DNA of 64,000 nt. It comes from a virus. The notes beneath the pieces are model-generated. The model was given only the letters and a program-made list of their open reading frames with translations, had not been told where the DNA came from and searched no databases. The position numbers were made by a program, and so were the translations under genes. Below are positions 8,954-18,014 of this stretch, piece by piece. The stretch is taken from positions 22,856 through 86,855 of the IMG/VR virus record IMGVR_UViG_3300009163_000026; one strand, given 5' to 3'. Each line of letters opens with the position of its first letter. Positions within the stretch are counted from its first letter, which is position 1.

Positions 8954-9178
8954 TTAGCGGCGTTTGCTGACAACATAATGCCAGACTTCTTTTTCAGTAA
9001 CAGGATCGTAACTTTCGCAATCCTTTCCACATTCCAAATCACCTTTCAGGTAGCAGACATATTGTCCGGATTGGGAGAAGTGCCAAGGCATATGCCATCC
9101 CTTTTCAACTTCATACTTTGCCTTCACATCTTTAAAGGTCTTAAAAATCTCTTCAGTGTGTTGATTAATTTCGGTCAT
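8954..9178 (-). CDS. Hypothetical early protein
   Basis: GGAAC promoter 9184-9199, ATG 5 nt after TATAAT. Confidence 0.7.
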   Translation of the reverse strand: MTEINQHTEEIFKTFKDVKAKYEVEKGWHMPWHFSQSGQYVCYLKGDLECGKDCESYDPVTEKEVWHYVVSKRR

Positions 9179-9429
9179 ATCTTATTATAATAGAGTTCCC
9201 TTCGGCCAGTTACATCAGCAGCGGCATCAAGAATGAATTCAACGATGCTATAGCCGTCGAATCCGGTTTTGTAAGGCGCGCGCTTTAAAAGGTCGTTGTC
9301 GTAAGTATCAACTGCAGCCTTGTAAGCATCAAGAGCAGACTCAGCCGCTTCCTTGGTGCTGTATGCACCTATTGCTTGTCCTCCCTCGTAATCAACGAGG
9401 CCTTCTAGTATGAATATTGATTGTTTCAT
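9175..9429 (-). CDS. Hypothetical early protein
   Basis: DYEG..IGAYSTKEAAE pattern typical of small phage proteins. Confidence 0.7.
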   Translation of the reverse strand: MKQSIFILEGLVDYEGGQAIGAYSTKEAAESALDAYKAAVDTYDNDLLKRAPYKTGFDGYSIVEFILDAAADVTGRRELYYNKI

Positions 9430-9455
9430 TACCGTTAGTGTATTAGATGTCCATA

Positions 9456-9683
9456 TTAGGCATACATCACAGACTCATCAATGATGGCATAGAGTTCTTC
9501 CATGGCTGCTTGCTGCGAGCCATAGTCAGAGATGGTAACCTCCCAGCGGTCTCTGAGGAATGAGTTGTTGGTATATGTTCCGGTGACGAGCTTATCGCCT
9601 TCACGACGTACCTCAGTGTAGAGATAATCTCCATTTTCTAGCTTGATCTCTATCGGCCCGATACTATAATTAGTTAATGACAT
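9456..9683 (-). CDS. Hypothetical early protein
   Basis: GGAAC promoter 9690-9705. Confidence 0.7.
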   Translation of the reverse strand: MSLTNYSIGPIEIKLENGDYLYTEVRREGDKLVTGTYTNNSFLRDRWEVTISDYGSQQAAMEELYAIIDESVMYA

Positions 9684-9706
9684 ATCAGTATTATACCTAA
9701 GTTCCC

Positions 9707-10024
9707 TTACGCGGAGAAGACCATCTCTGCCTGCTCTTCCTGCTCAGTGGGGAGCTCTAGATCGTAGAAGAAGACCATCTCTTCCTGCTCAGTGGGACAT
9801 CCTCGAGGTGTTTGGCTGAGGGGCAAGCATGGGCATGCCTTCTCTCCATCAGACCAGCCCCAGGAGTAGAGCTCTTCCACTAGCTCTCCAATTGGTCTAG
9901 CGGTGTATACTCCTTCAAAGAAATAGACGCCGAACACTGTCTTACAGATGTTCAGGGGCAGACCACCAGTGATGTCCTTATACCAGCCCATACGCAGGGC
10001 TAAGCGATGTAGTGCAGTCTTCAT
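9707..10024 (-). CDS. Hypothetical early protein; start re-called at MKTALH; duplicated PTEQEE..MVF tail
   Basis: GGAAC promoter 10042-10057 lies inside the longer ORF call. Confidence 0.55.
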   Translation of the reverse strand: MKTALHRLALRMGWYKDITGGLPLNICKTVFGVYFFEGVYTARPIGELVEELYSWGWSDGEKACPCLPLSQTPRGCPTEQEEMVFFYDLELPTEQEEQAEMVFSA

Positions 10025-10091
10025 TAGTCGTGGATATTTATATTGTATTAGAGTTCCCTTAGCGCCGCTCTTTAACGACATAATCTGTACG

Positions 10092-10367
10092 TTAAAGTTG
10101 TTTTGGTAATATCAATTTAGGAAGATCAATTCCATCAATACTTTTCAAACTTCCAATAACTAACCAAAAAGCTCCTTCATCGTAAACAGCCATTAAGATA
10201 TTAGGAACCATTATTTCTAATCTATAAAAAATATGAGAAGTTGTATCTTCAAAGAACTTTTTAATGTATGGATGATTAACTAATTCTTCTTGTGTTTCAA
10301 ATAGAAATGGATCTGGTTCTTCGTCCATTTCGATGAAGTCTGGAATATATGGCATGAATTTATTCAT
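10092..10367 (-). CDS. Hypothetical early protein
   Basis: GGAAC-N5-TATCAT at 10373-10388. Confidence 0.7.
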   Translation of the reverse strand: MNKFMPYIPDFIEMDEEPDPFLFETQEELVNHPYIKKFFEDTTSHIFYRLEIMVPNILMAVYDEGAFWLVIGSLKSIDGIDLPKLILPKQL

Positions 10368-10389
10368 ACCTGATGATATCAGAGTTCCC

Positions 10390-10578
10390 TTAGCGGCTCT
10401 CCATCAGCCAGTCGACTGGGCTGCGGCTAACAGAGAGCGCCCAGTGGTCTGCGAATCGCGCAGCATAGACTAGGCGCTCTTCTGCTGTCAGAAGTTCCGA
10501 TAAGGCTTTATTGGACGGGCATGCGGCGATCTTCTCATTGACCGAGCGCTTGAGTTTCTCTTTAGTTTTCCAATGCAT
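10390..10578 (-). CDS. Hypothetical early protein; start re-called at MHWKTK
   Basis: GGAAC-N5-TACCAT at 10584-10599, ATG 5 nt downstream. Confidence 0.65.
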   Translation of the reverse strand: MHWKTKEKLKRSVNEKIAACPSNKALSELLTAEERLVYAARFADHWALSVSRSPVDWLMESR

Positions 10579-10600
10579 GCCTGATGGTATCGGAGTTCCC

Positions 10601-10948
10601 TTAACCCTCGAACTCTGTCCACCAGATAGTATCGACGATGAGATCAAGCTGCATTCCGAACAGCTCACCTATCATATCAAGCGACTCATCATATGAGATA
10701 TCCGCGGCATCATCACCGTATTTCTCATCGATGAACGCATCCCAAGCATCTACGCTGATGGCACCCTTCTGCCTTAGTGTGTTATAGACTCCTTCTTCTA
10801 CGCTGCCAGGCTCAGGCACATAAGCACCGCCGCTATCGTCTTTAAACTGACCCTTGAATGAGTATTCGTTCAGCAGATGATTCACGGTCTTATCGTATTC
10901 TTCTTGAATCTTAGAGTGGGATTGAGTTGATTTCTTCATGTGTGTCAC
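10601..10948 (-). CDS. Acidic hypothetical protein
   Basis: Overlapping GGAAC and TATAAATA promoters at 10951-10968. Confidence 0.7.
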   Translation of the reverse strand: MTHMKKSTQSHSKIQEEYDKTVNHLLNEYSFKGQFKDDSGGAYVPEPGSVEEGVYNTLRQKGAISVDAWDAFIDEKYGDDAADISYDESLDMIGELFGMQLDLIVDTIWWTEFEG

Positions 10949-10974
10949 TATATTTATATCAGAGTTCCCTAATG

Positions 10975-11219
10975 AGGAAACCAGTTTCCGCCTAGGCGTA
11001 GGAGTTTGGAGCTATAGGGAACACCGGGATAATGGGTCTCAGAAGTTCTGAGTGGCCGAGCTGGGAAAACCAGTTTCTGCCTGGGCGTCGGAGCGCAGAA
11101 CCACAGAATACGGGGTATATTAGTATTTCAGGCCTATGCAGCATAAGCTCTAACTACTATATATCTATATAGACAGTGGTATTAGATAACTTTTTTTATT
11201 AGATAACTTTTTTTATTAG
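10975..11219. repeat. Non-coding region with an imperfect ~30-bp direct repeat and an 18-bp AT-rich tandem repeat
   Basis: AAACCAGTTTCYGCCTRGGCGTMGGAG at about 10978 and 11067; TATTAGATAACTTTTTTT x2 at 11180-11215. Confidence 0.7.
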
Positions 11220-11319
11220 TGTTACTTAACAGGTGACTTTTACCCTTTTTATGATAATATTTTAAGTATTTTTTTACTTTTTTAAATACCTCTGGGCAAG
11301 ATAAGTCTCATATCTTATC

Positions 11320-12513
11320 TTATTTAACGCCTAGTGTCATAAACCTCGATAAAGCAGACATCTTTCCTACCGGATAAGACTTATTACCCAATCCGTCGGA
11401 TCTTAATACCATGCACTTTTCAATTGTTTCTTTACCTTCGTCGAAATCAAAATCTACATTAATTTGCCAGATCCTATCAGGGTTGTCAGGGTGATCCCTA
11501 TCCACTTTATAATAGTATGTACCACTGATACCATTATCATGGAAGGTTTTGAGTATGCAGTATGTAGGACTATAAGGATTTTCTGATTTAAGTGTAAAGT
11601 TATTAACAATCTCTTTACTACGAAAAACTCCTTCCTCATCGTCTTCTACCTCACCCTCTACAAGTGAATAGTTATCATTTATGTTACGCGGAGGTGTAGC
11701 TTTAAGGTCTGATATCTTCTCTCGGTCTTTTTCGCTAAGATATTTTTCAAACTCACTACCCATAATATGGTCTACTATTATTTTATTAAGGACAGCTACT
11801 CTACATCCAATACTCACATCCTCTTCATCCATATATTGTTCACCAGCGTAGTGAAGCTGATACTTAATACTGGGGTCTTTTTTGCTTATAAAAATTATTA
11901 ATTGTCCTGATTTGGAATAATGTTCATAATAATTTAATCCTGGTGCAGCTGTACACCAGTCAGTATCCTTACCGAGTGAGCAGGCAGCACCTTTTGTTTG
12001 AGGAAAATACACCTGCCAAATATCGTTTTCATATACAAGAAGTTGTCCTTCACCTTTTGTGGATCTTTCTATTTTTTGAGAGTTATACTGCTGGTAAGGA
12101 CCTTCTGCCTCGATTAAATCTACAACAAATTCTTCAAAAGTCTTATATCTTTCAATAGCACTATACTTTAAAAACTTATCCGCAAGATTTTGTTGTTTTA
12201 TTTGATAGAATAATTCTAGATATTTCCTTAACTCCATGTGATAGTTCGATAAGAGTGTCGCACCACCTGCTCTTATTATGTATTGCTTATTCTGCTTCTC
12301 GTTTTTAATAGAACTTATAAGCCAGTTTAGAGCATTAGCCTTGTCTTTTTCTCTAATATCATTAGGGATAATGCTCATTATTATATTCTTTACCGCTAGA
12401 TATTCTATATCTGTGAATATTCCTTTAAACTTTTCACTATCCATTAACTTTGTTACTTCATCAAAAGAAAGTTCTAAAAGTAAAACCTTATATGTTTCAT
12501 AAAATGTCTTCAT
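11320..12513 (-). CDS. Large-phage protein with WCT-motif domain; start re-called at MKTFYETY
   Basis: AACSLGKDTDWCTAAPGLNYYEHY..KYQLH..YMDEED; CTS-like N-terminus; TACAAATA upstream. Confidence 0.7.
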   Translation of the reverse strand: MKTFYETYKVLLLELSFDEVTKLMDSEKFKGIFTDIEYLAVKNIIMSIIPNDIREKDKANALNWLISSIKNEKQNKQYIIRAGGATLLSNYHMELRKYLELFYQIKQQNLADKFLKYSAIERYKTFEEFVVDLIEAEGPYQQYNSQKIERSTKGEGQLLVYENDIWQVYFPQTKGAACSLGKDTDWCTAAPGLNYYEHYSKSGQLIIFISKKDPSIKYQLHYAGEQYMDEEDVSIGCRVAVLNKIIVDHIMGSEFEKYLSEKDREKISDLKATPPRNINDNYSLVEGEVEDDEEGVFRSKEIVNNFTLKSENPYSPTYCILKTFHDNGISGTYYYKVDRDHPDNPDRIWQINVDFDFDEGKETIEKCMVLRSDGLGNKSYPVGKMSALSRFMTLGVK

Positions 12514-12535
12514 ATTATTTGTATTCATCTTTCTT

Positions 12536-12886
12536 TTATAATGTTTTGCGTATGCTATCGTATAAATCATATAGTATCTCTGATACACGGTAACCTCCTT
12601 CAATATGACCTTCAGATACTCTACATCTTTTTATGAACATACCCGCATTGAAGTACTGGTGTGTCTCTGGTATAAGTAGTTTATCAACTATTGGGCGGTC
12701 ATTAAGTCCTGGTACTATCATAGAATAAAATCTTATGCCATTCTCTTCTATCTTTCTCAGTTCAAACAATGAAAGGTCGCCGCCGTGTGTTAGCTCTATA
12801 TCATCTCCATCGCTTATGCCTATTTCATATACTAGTGGTGTAGCTACAAACGTCCCTGGTACAAATTTTATACTGCTGTATCTCAT
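12536..12886 (-). CDS. MRY-family protein
   Basis: MRYSSI; LIPETHQYFNA. Confidence 0.8.
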   Translation of the reverse strand: MRYSSIKFVPGTFVATPLVYEIGISDGDDIELTHGGDLSLFELRKIEENGIRFYSMIVPGLNDRPIVDKLLIPETHQYFNAGMFIKRCRVSEGHIEGGYRVSEILYDLYDSIRKTL

Positions 12887-12891
12887 ATACT

Positions 12892-13272
12892 TTAAAATAA
12901 TTCTGGTTGAGTGGTTACGCTCTTTAGATAGTTACCGAACATTCTAAAAAGAACTTTTAATATATCGCCATGAACATCGTTAATATCATTTTTGTCGTTA
13001 ATTTGTGAAATTCCATACATAATAGAACCACAACCAAAGAGTGGGTTATCTTCCCGGGTAAGAACTACAAAATCATCTGAGCTACGATTACCCACATACA
13101 CACTCAAGCTATCATCTGTTGTTGGTATTAGTTGGATACTGTTAACCTGCCCTGTAATAAATGTGAATGGTAGGTCTTTTACAGCTGCTTCAAGTGAGGT
13201 ATATACCCTAGATAATGGGTCGATATAACCACCTCCTGAATATTTAAAGTAACGTGTTATTGTGTATCTCAT
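12892..13272 (-). CDS. MRY-family protein
   Basis: MRYTIT; LTREDNPLFG (degenerate motif). Confidence 0.75.
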   Translation of the reverse strand: MRYTITRYFKYSGGGYIDPLSRVYTSLEAAVKDLPFTFITGQVNSIQLIPTTDDSLSVYVGNRSSDDFVVLTREDNPLFGCGSIMYGISQINDKNDINDVHGDILKVLFRMFGNYLKSVTTQPELF

Positions 13273-13276
13273 ATCG

Positions 13277-13645
13277 TTATTTTTTTTGTTTTGCGCGCCA
13301 CTCTTTCATCACTCCTAGGTAAAGTTTATGTAGTATATCAATTATTATATCATTAAAACTTATTGGAAGGTCATTTTCTACCTGAAGTATCACATAGCTG
13401 TTAAACAACGCGTGTGTCTCTGGGAGAAACATATGACACTCGGGCGCAACTGCAAAGGACAGTACAATGCCTTCCTTACTCACAAAGTTTACAGGAAATC
13501 GAATAATCTCTGGAATATAATCGCTATTTGTCCTCTTCTTACTATAATAATATAGATTCATACTATCATCTTTTACTATAGATAATCCAGGTGATATATA
13601 TAGATGATCCTTATTATTAGGGTATCCTATGTATGAGTATCTCAT
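13277..13645 (-). CDS. MRY-family protein
   Basis: MRYSYI; FLPETHALFNS. Confidence 0.8.
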   Translation of the reverse strand: MRYSYIGYPNNKDHLYISPGLSIVKDDSMNLYYYSKKRTNSDYIPEIIRFPVNFVSKEGIVLSFAVAPECHMFLPETHALFNSYVILQVENDLPISFNDIIIDILHKLYLGVMKEWRAKQKK

Positions 13646-13652
13646 ATCGCTT

Positions 13653-13979
13653 TTAATTATTTAACTCTCTCACTATGCCTTCTGATGTATTCTTCAAGAA
13701 CGAATCTATCTTGTACAAATTAAATCTAAGGATACACACTGCACTGAACAGTGGGTGTGACTCTGGTATAAGAAGAAATATATCATATTTCAGGTTCGTG
13801 CTTGTACTGCCCAGTAGGTATACTCCATCCTTTTGCTTAATTAAATCCAACATCCAACTCTTTGGGTTTCCGGTAATAGCGGTGAGCTTATTATACTCTG
13901 GATTAAAGTTATAGGTATACGGGCTCGTATTATTATAGACAGAACCTTCCTTAGCAAATGTAATAACTGTGTATCTCAT
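13653..13979 (-). CDS. MRY-family protein
   Basis: MRYTVI; LIPESHPLFSA. Confidence 0.8.
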   Translation of the reverse strand: MRYTVITFAKEGSVYNNTSPYTYNFNPEYNKLTAITGNPKSWMLDLIKQKDGVYLLGSTSTNLKYDIFLLIPESHPLFSAVCILRFNLYKIDSFLKNTSEGIVRELNN

Positions 13980-13985
13980 ATGCTT

Positions 13986-14339
13986 TTAATTTGTAGTAAA
14001 CAACTCAGCGAGTTTTATTGCTTCTGGTAATAGGAACGCTCGTACTTTCCCTCGTAAGCTATATAGATCAGTGCTATATAAGGCTGTGTAATAATTAAAC
14101 AGTGGGTGTGTCTCTGGTATGACTAGATACTCATCCCTATGACTGTCTCTTCCATTAGCGACTGCAAAGCAAAAAAAGACACCAGAGACCTCGTCCGTTT
14201 TTATTAGCATCGTTGGTTGATCGGATCTGTTAAGCTCTTTAAAAGCACCATTGATTTTCTGAAACGGGCGGAACACTACCTGCGGTGAATGATTGCGCGC
14301 TGCTTCTCTTTTTGAATAGTGTATAGCTCTATATCTCAT
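13986..14339 (-). CDS. MRY-family protein
   Basis: MRYRAI; VIPETHPLFNY. Confidence 0.8.
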   Translation of the reverse strand: MRYRAIHYSKREAARNHSPQVVFRPFQKINGAFKELNRSDQPTMLIKTDEVSGVFFCFAVANGRDSHRDEYLVIPETHPLFNYYTALYSTDLYSLRGKVRAFLLPEAIKLAELFTTN

Positions 14340-14343
14340 TTTT

Positions 14344-14679
14344 TTAAAAGGTTTTTACTAAGTTCTTAAGGACTAAATAGGTTATTTCAGGGTGGGACCA
14401 CTGTCGGGGGAAGTTTGGACCTAGAGCTGCTATATACAGATTGAATATAGGGTGTCTCTCATCTACTATAAAGCAATACTTCCCAAAAGTTCCTGGTGTC
14501 TTATATACTGTTAGACCTAGTTGACCGGTGTTAATCATTTTCATATGCTTACCATATATTCCTTCGATGACATCAATAGCTTTCCCTCTTGTATTATAAC
14601 AAAATCTATATGCGTCTGTATCGTGTGCTTCGCCTACTACTTTTGTAGTATTCTTGAGAGTGTATAAATGGTATCTCAT
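14344..14679 (-). CDS. MRY-family protein
   Basis: MRYHLY; IVDERHPIFNL. Confidence 0.8.
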   Translation of the reverse strand: MRYHLYTLKNTTKVVGEAHDTDAYRFCYNTRGKAIDVIEGIYGKHMKMINTGQLGLTVYKTPGTFGKYCFIVDERHPIFNLYIAALGPNFPRQWSHPEITYLVLKNLVKTF

Positions 14680-15011
14680 AATGTTCCTTCTTCACCATAC
14701 TTCTCTGCTTCATCTAGAGTTGTGGGTATACCAACCTTCCTAAACTCCCTGGCTCCATAGAGATGAATCCTTCTAAAAAGCCTTTTTCGTGTACTAAACT
14801 CGCAATCTATTATAACACCAATGTTAAATAATGGATGTGTCTCAGGTACCTTAACATCTACTAAACGTAATGTAGGATCATCTTTTAGGTGTACGTAGTA
14901 TCCAAGCCCATCTGACGTAAAGATCCATTCATTACCCATCTTGTCGTAGAGTTCTATTTCAATATCATTTAGACTCTCTTCTATATATACCTCAAGATAG
15001 CTGTATCTCAT
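14676..15011 (-). CDS. MRY-family protein (first of a 7-gene array)
   Basis: MRYSYL; KVPETHPLFNI; TATAAATA at 15020-15027. Confidence 0.8.
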   Translation of the reverse strand: MRYSYLEVYIEESLNDIEIELYDKMGNEWIFTSDGLGYYVHLKDDPTLRLVDVKVPETHPLFNIGVIIDCEFSTRKRLFRRIHLYGAREFRKVGIPTTLDEAEKYGEEGTL

Positions 15012-15077
15012 ACTTTTTATATTTATACTTTAATAGACACATAGGTTACTATTTATAATAGCTCTTGGGAGATAGAC

Positions 15078-15113
15078 AAAGACTCCTGCAGAGCTAAACT
15101 CATACAGGAGTCC
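15078..15113 (-). terminator. Probable intrinsic terminator
   Basis: GACTCCTG..CAGGAGTC stem followed by short U-run on minus strand. Confidence 0.5.
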
Positions 15114-15147
15114 TTACAAATAGGGAGATGCAAGAGCATCCTATGAA

Positions 15148-15675
15148 TTACATGCGACGTTGGGTGTCCTTAAGAGGGCGACCCATAGCGTCTAGCCTAG
15201 GAGTTTTCCTCGGTTTGTTAAGCTCTTCGTTTCCTAAACCTCTAACGCCTTCAGGTTTAGGTCTAGGACTGTTCTTCGGTTCGTTGAGATCTTTGTTTCC
15301 TAAACCTCTAACACCAGCCGGGCGTTTGAATTTGCCAGCCGATGGACGCCTAACGTTCTCAGCATCCTCTTCGTCATCGTACTCCTCATCTTCCATGTCT
15401 TGCTCTTCAGGAGATTCATCTTCCATCGCTTCTACCTCACCACTAAGAATCATCGAAAGGTGCTCGCAAGCTTCACCTTCATCAATCGATCCATCTTCAA
15501 CACCCTGTAATAACTGGGCTAAGAGGCCCATCAATCCTGGTTCATCAGACTCTTCTGAGTCATTACCACTTGATTGACCTGAAGAGGACGACTTCGAACT
15601 ACCACCGAGAGGCCCGCCTTGAGATATTGAACCTTCAAAAGCTTCCCACATTAAAACCTGATCTGTTTTGCGCAT
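15148..15675 (-). CDS. Low-complexity acidic/basic late protein with duplicated GVRGLGN repeat
   Basis: TATAAATA 5 nt upstream; Ser/Glu/Asp-rich. Confidence 0.7.
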   Translation of the reverse strand: MRKTDQVLMWEAFEGSISQGGPLGGSSKSSSSGQSSGNDSEESDEPGLMGLLAQLLQGVEDGSIDEGEACEHLSMILSGEVEAMEDESPEEQDMEDEEYDDEEDAENVRRPSAGKFKRPAGVRGLGNKDLNEPKNSPRPKPEGVRGLGNEELNKPRKTPRLDAMGRPLKDTQRRM

Positions 15676-15710
15676 AATATTATTTATACTAACAATAAAG
15701 ATTTAATCTA

Positions 15711-15881
15711 TTACCCTACCTTGATAGAGCTTTTTAGTTCTCCGCAAAGGTCTGAGATTCGATGTCTTAAATACTCTAGAGTTTCATCAAGCTCAGATTT
15801 TGTTGGATAGTCGCATTCAAACAGCTCATTGACTGCATTATGAATTATAAAATCAACCGCTAATATTTGTTCTTTCTGCAT
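15711..15881 (-). CDS. 56-aa hypothetical protein (MQKEQILAVDF...)
   Basis: Hand-translated; GGAAC promoter 15888-15903. Confidence 0.65.
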   Translation of the reverse strand: MQKEQILAVDFIIHNAVNELFECDYPTKSELDETLEYLRHRISDLCGELKSSIKVG

Positions 15882-15915
15882 ATTCTTATTATAAGAGAGT
15901 TCCTATGCAGACAGA

Positions 15916-16227
15916 TCATACGGGCTTAGATTTTGCTTTAATCGTCACACGCAGTTTTTTAACTGCATCATGAAATAATTCTTCAGTACCGATTTTAATA
16001 TAATCAGCTGTTTTAAGCACTAGTAATCCATAATTATAATACGGGTGGGTTTCAGGTATACCCATCCAATGTTCTGTAAGAAATATACCGGTTTCATCAT
16101 CTGTTGAAATAATATCCCAGCTGCCATTCCTTGCAGCTAACACCATATCATTCCCATCTCTATAGCAAAACGCAGACCTAAATTGTATCGGCCCATGCCG
16201 GCCAAAATATACAGCTGAATATCTCAT
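15916..16227 (-). CDS. MRY-family protein; start re-called at MRYSAV
   Basis: ATGAGATAT at 16227; GIPETHPYYNY. Confidence 0.78.
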   Translation of the reverse strand: MRYSAVYFGRHGPIQFRSAFCYRDGNDMVLAARNGSWDIISTDDETGIFLTEHWMGIPETHPYYNYGLLVLKTADYIKIGTEELFHDAVKKLRVTIKAKSKPV

Positions 16228-16238
16228 CTGTAAGATAT

Positions 16239-16658
16239 TTACTCTAAACAAACCAATAAAGGTCGCAACCTGTACTCTATTGCTGATTCAATTATATACC
16301 ACCTACCGTCCTCGAACAAGTAATTATACTCTTCTAGGTCCTGTGTTAGATCGCTGAGCGTATCATAATGAGAGATCACCATTGACTCGCCGCGGTCGCG
16401 ATGATATGCTACCGTGACGTCATTGATAGGCTCTTTAAACGAATGATTCTCATCAGCAGTTGGCGCGATACGCTCTCTGAGACAGCTTAGAGAACCCAGA
16501 GCAATTAAAGCTTCGACCTTCTCGTCCGTATCGTAATGCTTTAACAGCATAGCGCCTACCCCTGATGGATATCCATCATAATGACAATAGATTGTCTTGT
16601 AGCCGAAATCGTTATACTCTTTATTTGAGCTGATTGTAATGGTTGATCTTGTCGACAT
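16239..16658 (-). CDS. Conserved phage hypothetical protein (MSTRS..IYCHYDGYP family)
   Basis: MSTRSTI, IYCHYDGYPSGVG, AYHRDRGE, EYNYLF motifs. Confidence 0.8.
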   Translation of the reverse strand: MSTRSTITISSNKEYNDFGYKTIYCHYDGYPSGVGAMLLKHYDTDEKVEALIALGSLSCLRERIAPTADENHSFKEPINDVTVAYHRDRGESMVISHYDTLSDLTQDLEEYNYLFEDGRWYIIESAIEYRLRPLLVCLE

Positions 16659-16669
16659 ATTTTGTTGGA

Positions 16670-16801
16670 TTATAATTCTGATACTTCAACACTAAAGCCA
16701 TCCTGACGATAAGCAAGAGCGCATTCTGCGGCATTGCCATAATCGTCATAGTAAATAGTGAAAGCTTCGGGTCCGGAATTAACTGTTACTGCATAGGTCA
16801 T
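16670..16801 (-). CDS. 43-aa hypothetical protein (MTYAVTVNSGPEAF...)
   Basis: Hand-translated; GGAAC promoter 16808-16823. Confidence 0.65.
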   Translation of the reverse strand: MTYAVTVNSGPEAFTIYYDDYGNAAECALAYRQDGFSVEVSEL

Positions 16802-16813
16802 AATATTATTATA

Positions 16814-17182
16814 TCAGAGTTCCTTTCGCTTTTTACGTCGCTTATAATTAGAAAGAAGCTTTACAAGCCAAGGTTCTACAACTTTACTAGCAGGTAAGAC
16901 AGCATCATACGTATCTAATACTGTTACTAATTCTGAATAACGCAAAAGCGTGCAATTAAAAAACGGATGATTCTCAAAAAAAGCAATTATGTAGCTATGC
17001 TGATCTTCCTCACCGATAAAATTCGGACACCACGCAAAGTCTTTTTCCTTTATCCAACTGTAATAATCATCCTCTAGGTCCTCCAGACCTTTAATAGAAC
17101 TACTACCCAGTCGTGTTGGATCTTGATAACGGTAGAAGCTGTCAGCTTCAGTCATATCAATTGCTATAAAGTTAACACGCAT
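16814..17182 (-). CDS. Divergent MRY-family protein (MRV start)
   Basis: IIAFFENHPFFNC motif; AATAAATA upstream. Confidence 0.65.
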   Translation of the reverse strand: MRVNFIAIDMTEADSFYRYQDPTRLGSSSIKGLEDLEDDYYSWIKEKDFAWCPNFIGEEDQHSYIIAFFENHPFFNCTLLRYSELVTVLDTYDAVLPASKVVEPWLVKLLSNYKRRKKRKEL

Positions 17183-17199
17183 GTAAGATTATTTATTAA

Positions 17200-17493
17200 C
17201 TAAACATCTAATTCTCTACGTGTCTCAAAATCCCGAGGATCAATACCAATCTCTTTTAGACGAGCATCATATGCATCGCTGCTTGCATCATAAGGATCTG
17301 GAAGGTTCCAATATCCAAACCATTCGTCTACTTGGCCTTCGAGACGTTGACGCGCTCTCTTATCAAAGATTGTACGGTTGTTGTTGCAGTAACCGCAGCC
17401 GCCATGATTGCGGCAAGAGCAGTCAAAAACCTTCGCACCGCGGTAGGGCTTACGATACTCCTTGTTGTACTTGATTGCTTTTTCTAGACTCAT
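17200..17493 (-). CDS. Conserved basic Cys/His phage protein, probable zinc binder
   Basis: KEYRKPYRGAK..DCSCRNHGGCGYC; GGAAC promoter 17499-17514. Confidence 0.75.
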   Translation of the reverse strand: MSLEKAIKYNKEYRKPYRGAKVFDCSCRNHGGCGYCNNNRTIFDKRARQRLEGQVDEWFGYWNLPDPYDASSDAYDARLKEIGIDPRDFETRRELDV

Positions 17494-17514
17494 AACTGAT
17501 TATATCAGTGTTCC

Positions 17515-17724
17515 TTAATGGCTCAGAGCTTCTTCTCTGTCGCAAGCGTCTTTGATAACGCTATCAAGACCGCATATATCCTTGTTAGCAGACTCAATAT
17601 CAACTACGAGAGCCATGGACTGCTCTTGAAATGCTTGAATCAATGCTGTATATCTTTCAAGGAGCTCACACTTCTGCTGTATCAGCTTATCTTGCTTTTC
17701 CTGTAATTGTATAACACTCATCAT
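17515..17724 (-). CDS. Coiled-coil hypothetical protein
   Basis: GGAAC promoter 17731-17746. Confidence 0.65.
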   Translation of the reverse strand: MMSVIQLQEKQDKLIQQKCELLERYTALIQAFQEQSMALVVDIESANKDICGLDSVIKDACDREEALSH

Positions 17725-17747
17725 ACATTTATTATATCAGAGTTCCT

Positions 17748-17942
17748 TTAACTATTAAAGTCTTCTGTCTTCTTCTTGATTAAATTCACTAGCTCCTTCT
17801 GCTTTAACACAAGGACAGCTAAGTCTTTTTTATCATCCTCTTTTGATTTACCGAGCACATCACCGTAGTTTCTAAAGTTCATCAGCAATTTAATCTTCTT
17901 CTTAATCGTCAATAATTCCAACTGTAATGCGCCTTTATTCAT
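17748..17942 (-). CDS. Basic hypothetical protein
   Basis: ORF track; TATAAT 6 nt upstream. Confidence 0.6.
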   Translation of the reverse strand: MNKGALQLELLTIKKKIKLLMNFRNYGDVLGKSKEDDKKDLAVLVLKQKELVNLIKKKTEDFNS

Positions 17943-18014
17943 ACGTTATTATATACTGGGTGAGGTAGTTAGCAAGTTAATAAGTTAACTACGAGTATAC
18001 AAGTTATTTAACGC

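Noticed and set aside
3184-15011. Integron cassette array or diversity-generating retroelement as the source of MRY diversity
   Set aside because: No attC-like palindromes between genes (gaps 0-12 nt), no integrase or reverse transcriptase in the window, and no TR/VR pair differing only at adenines.
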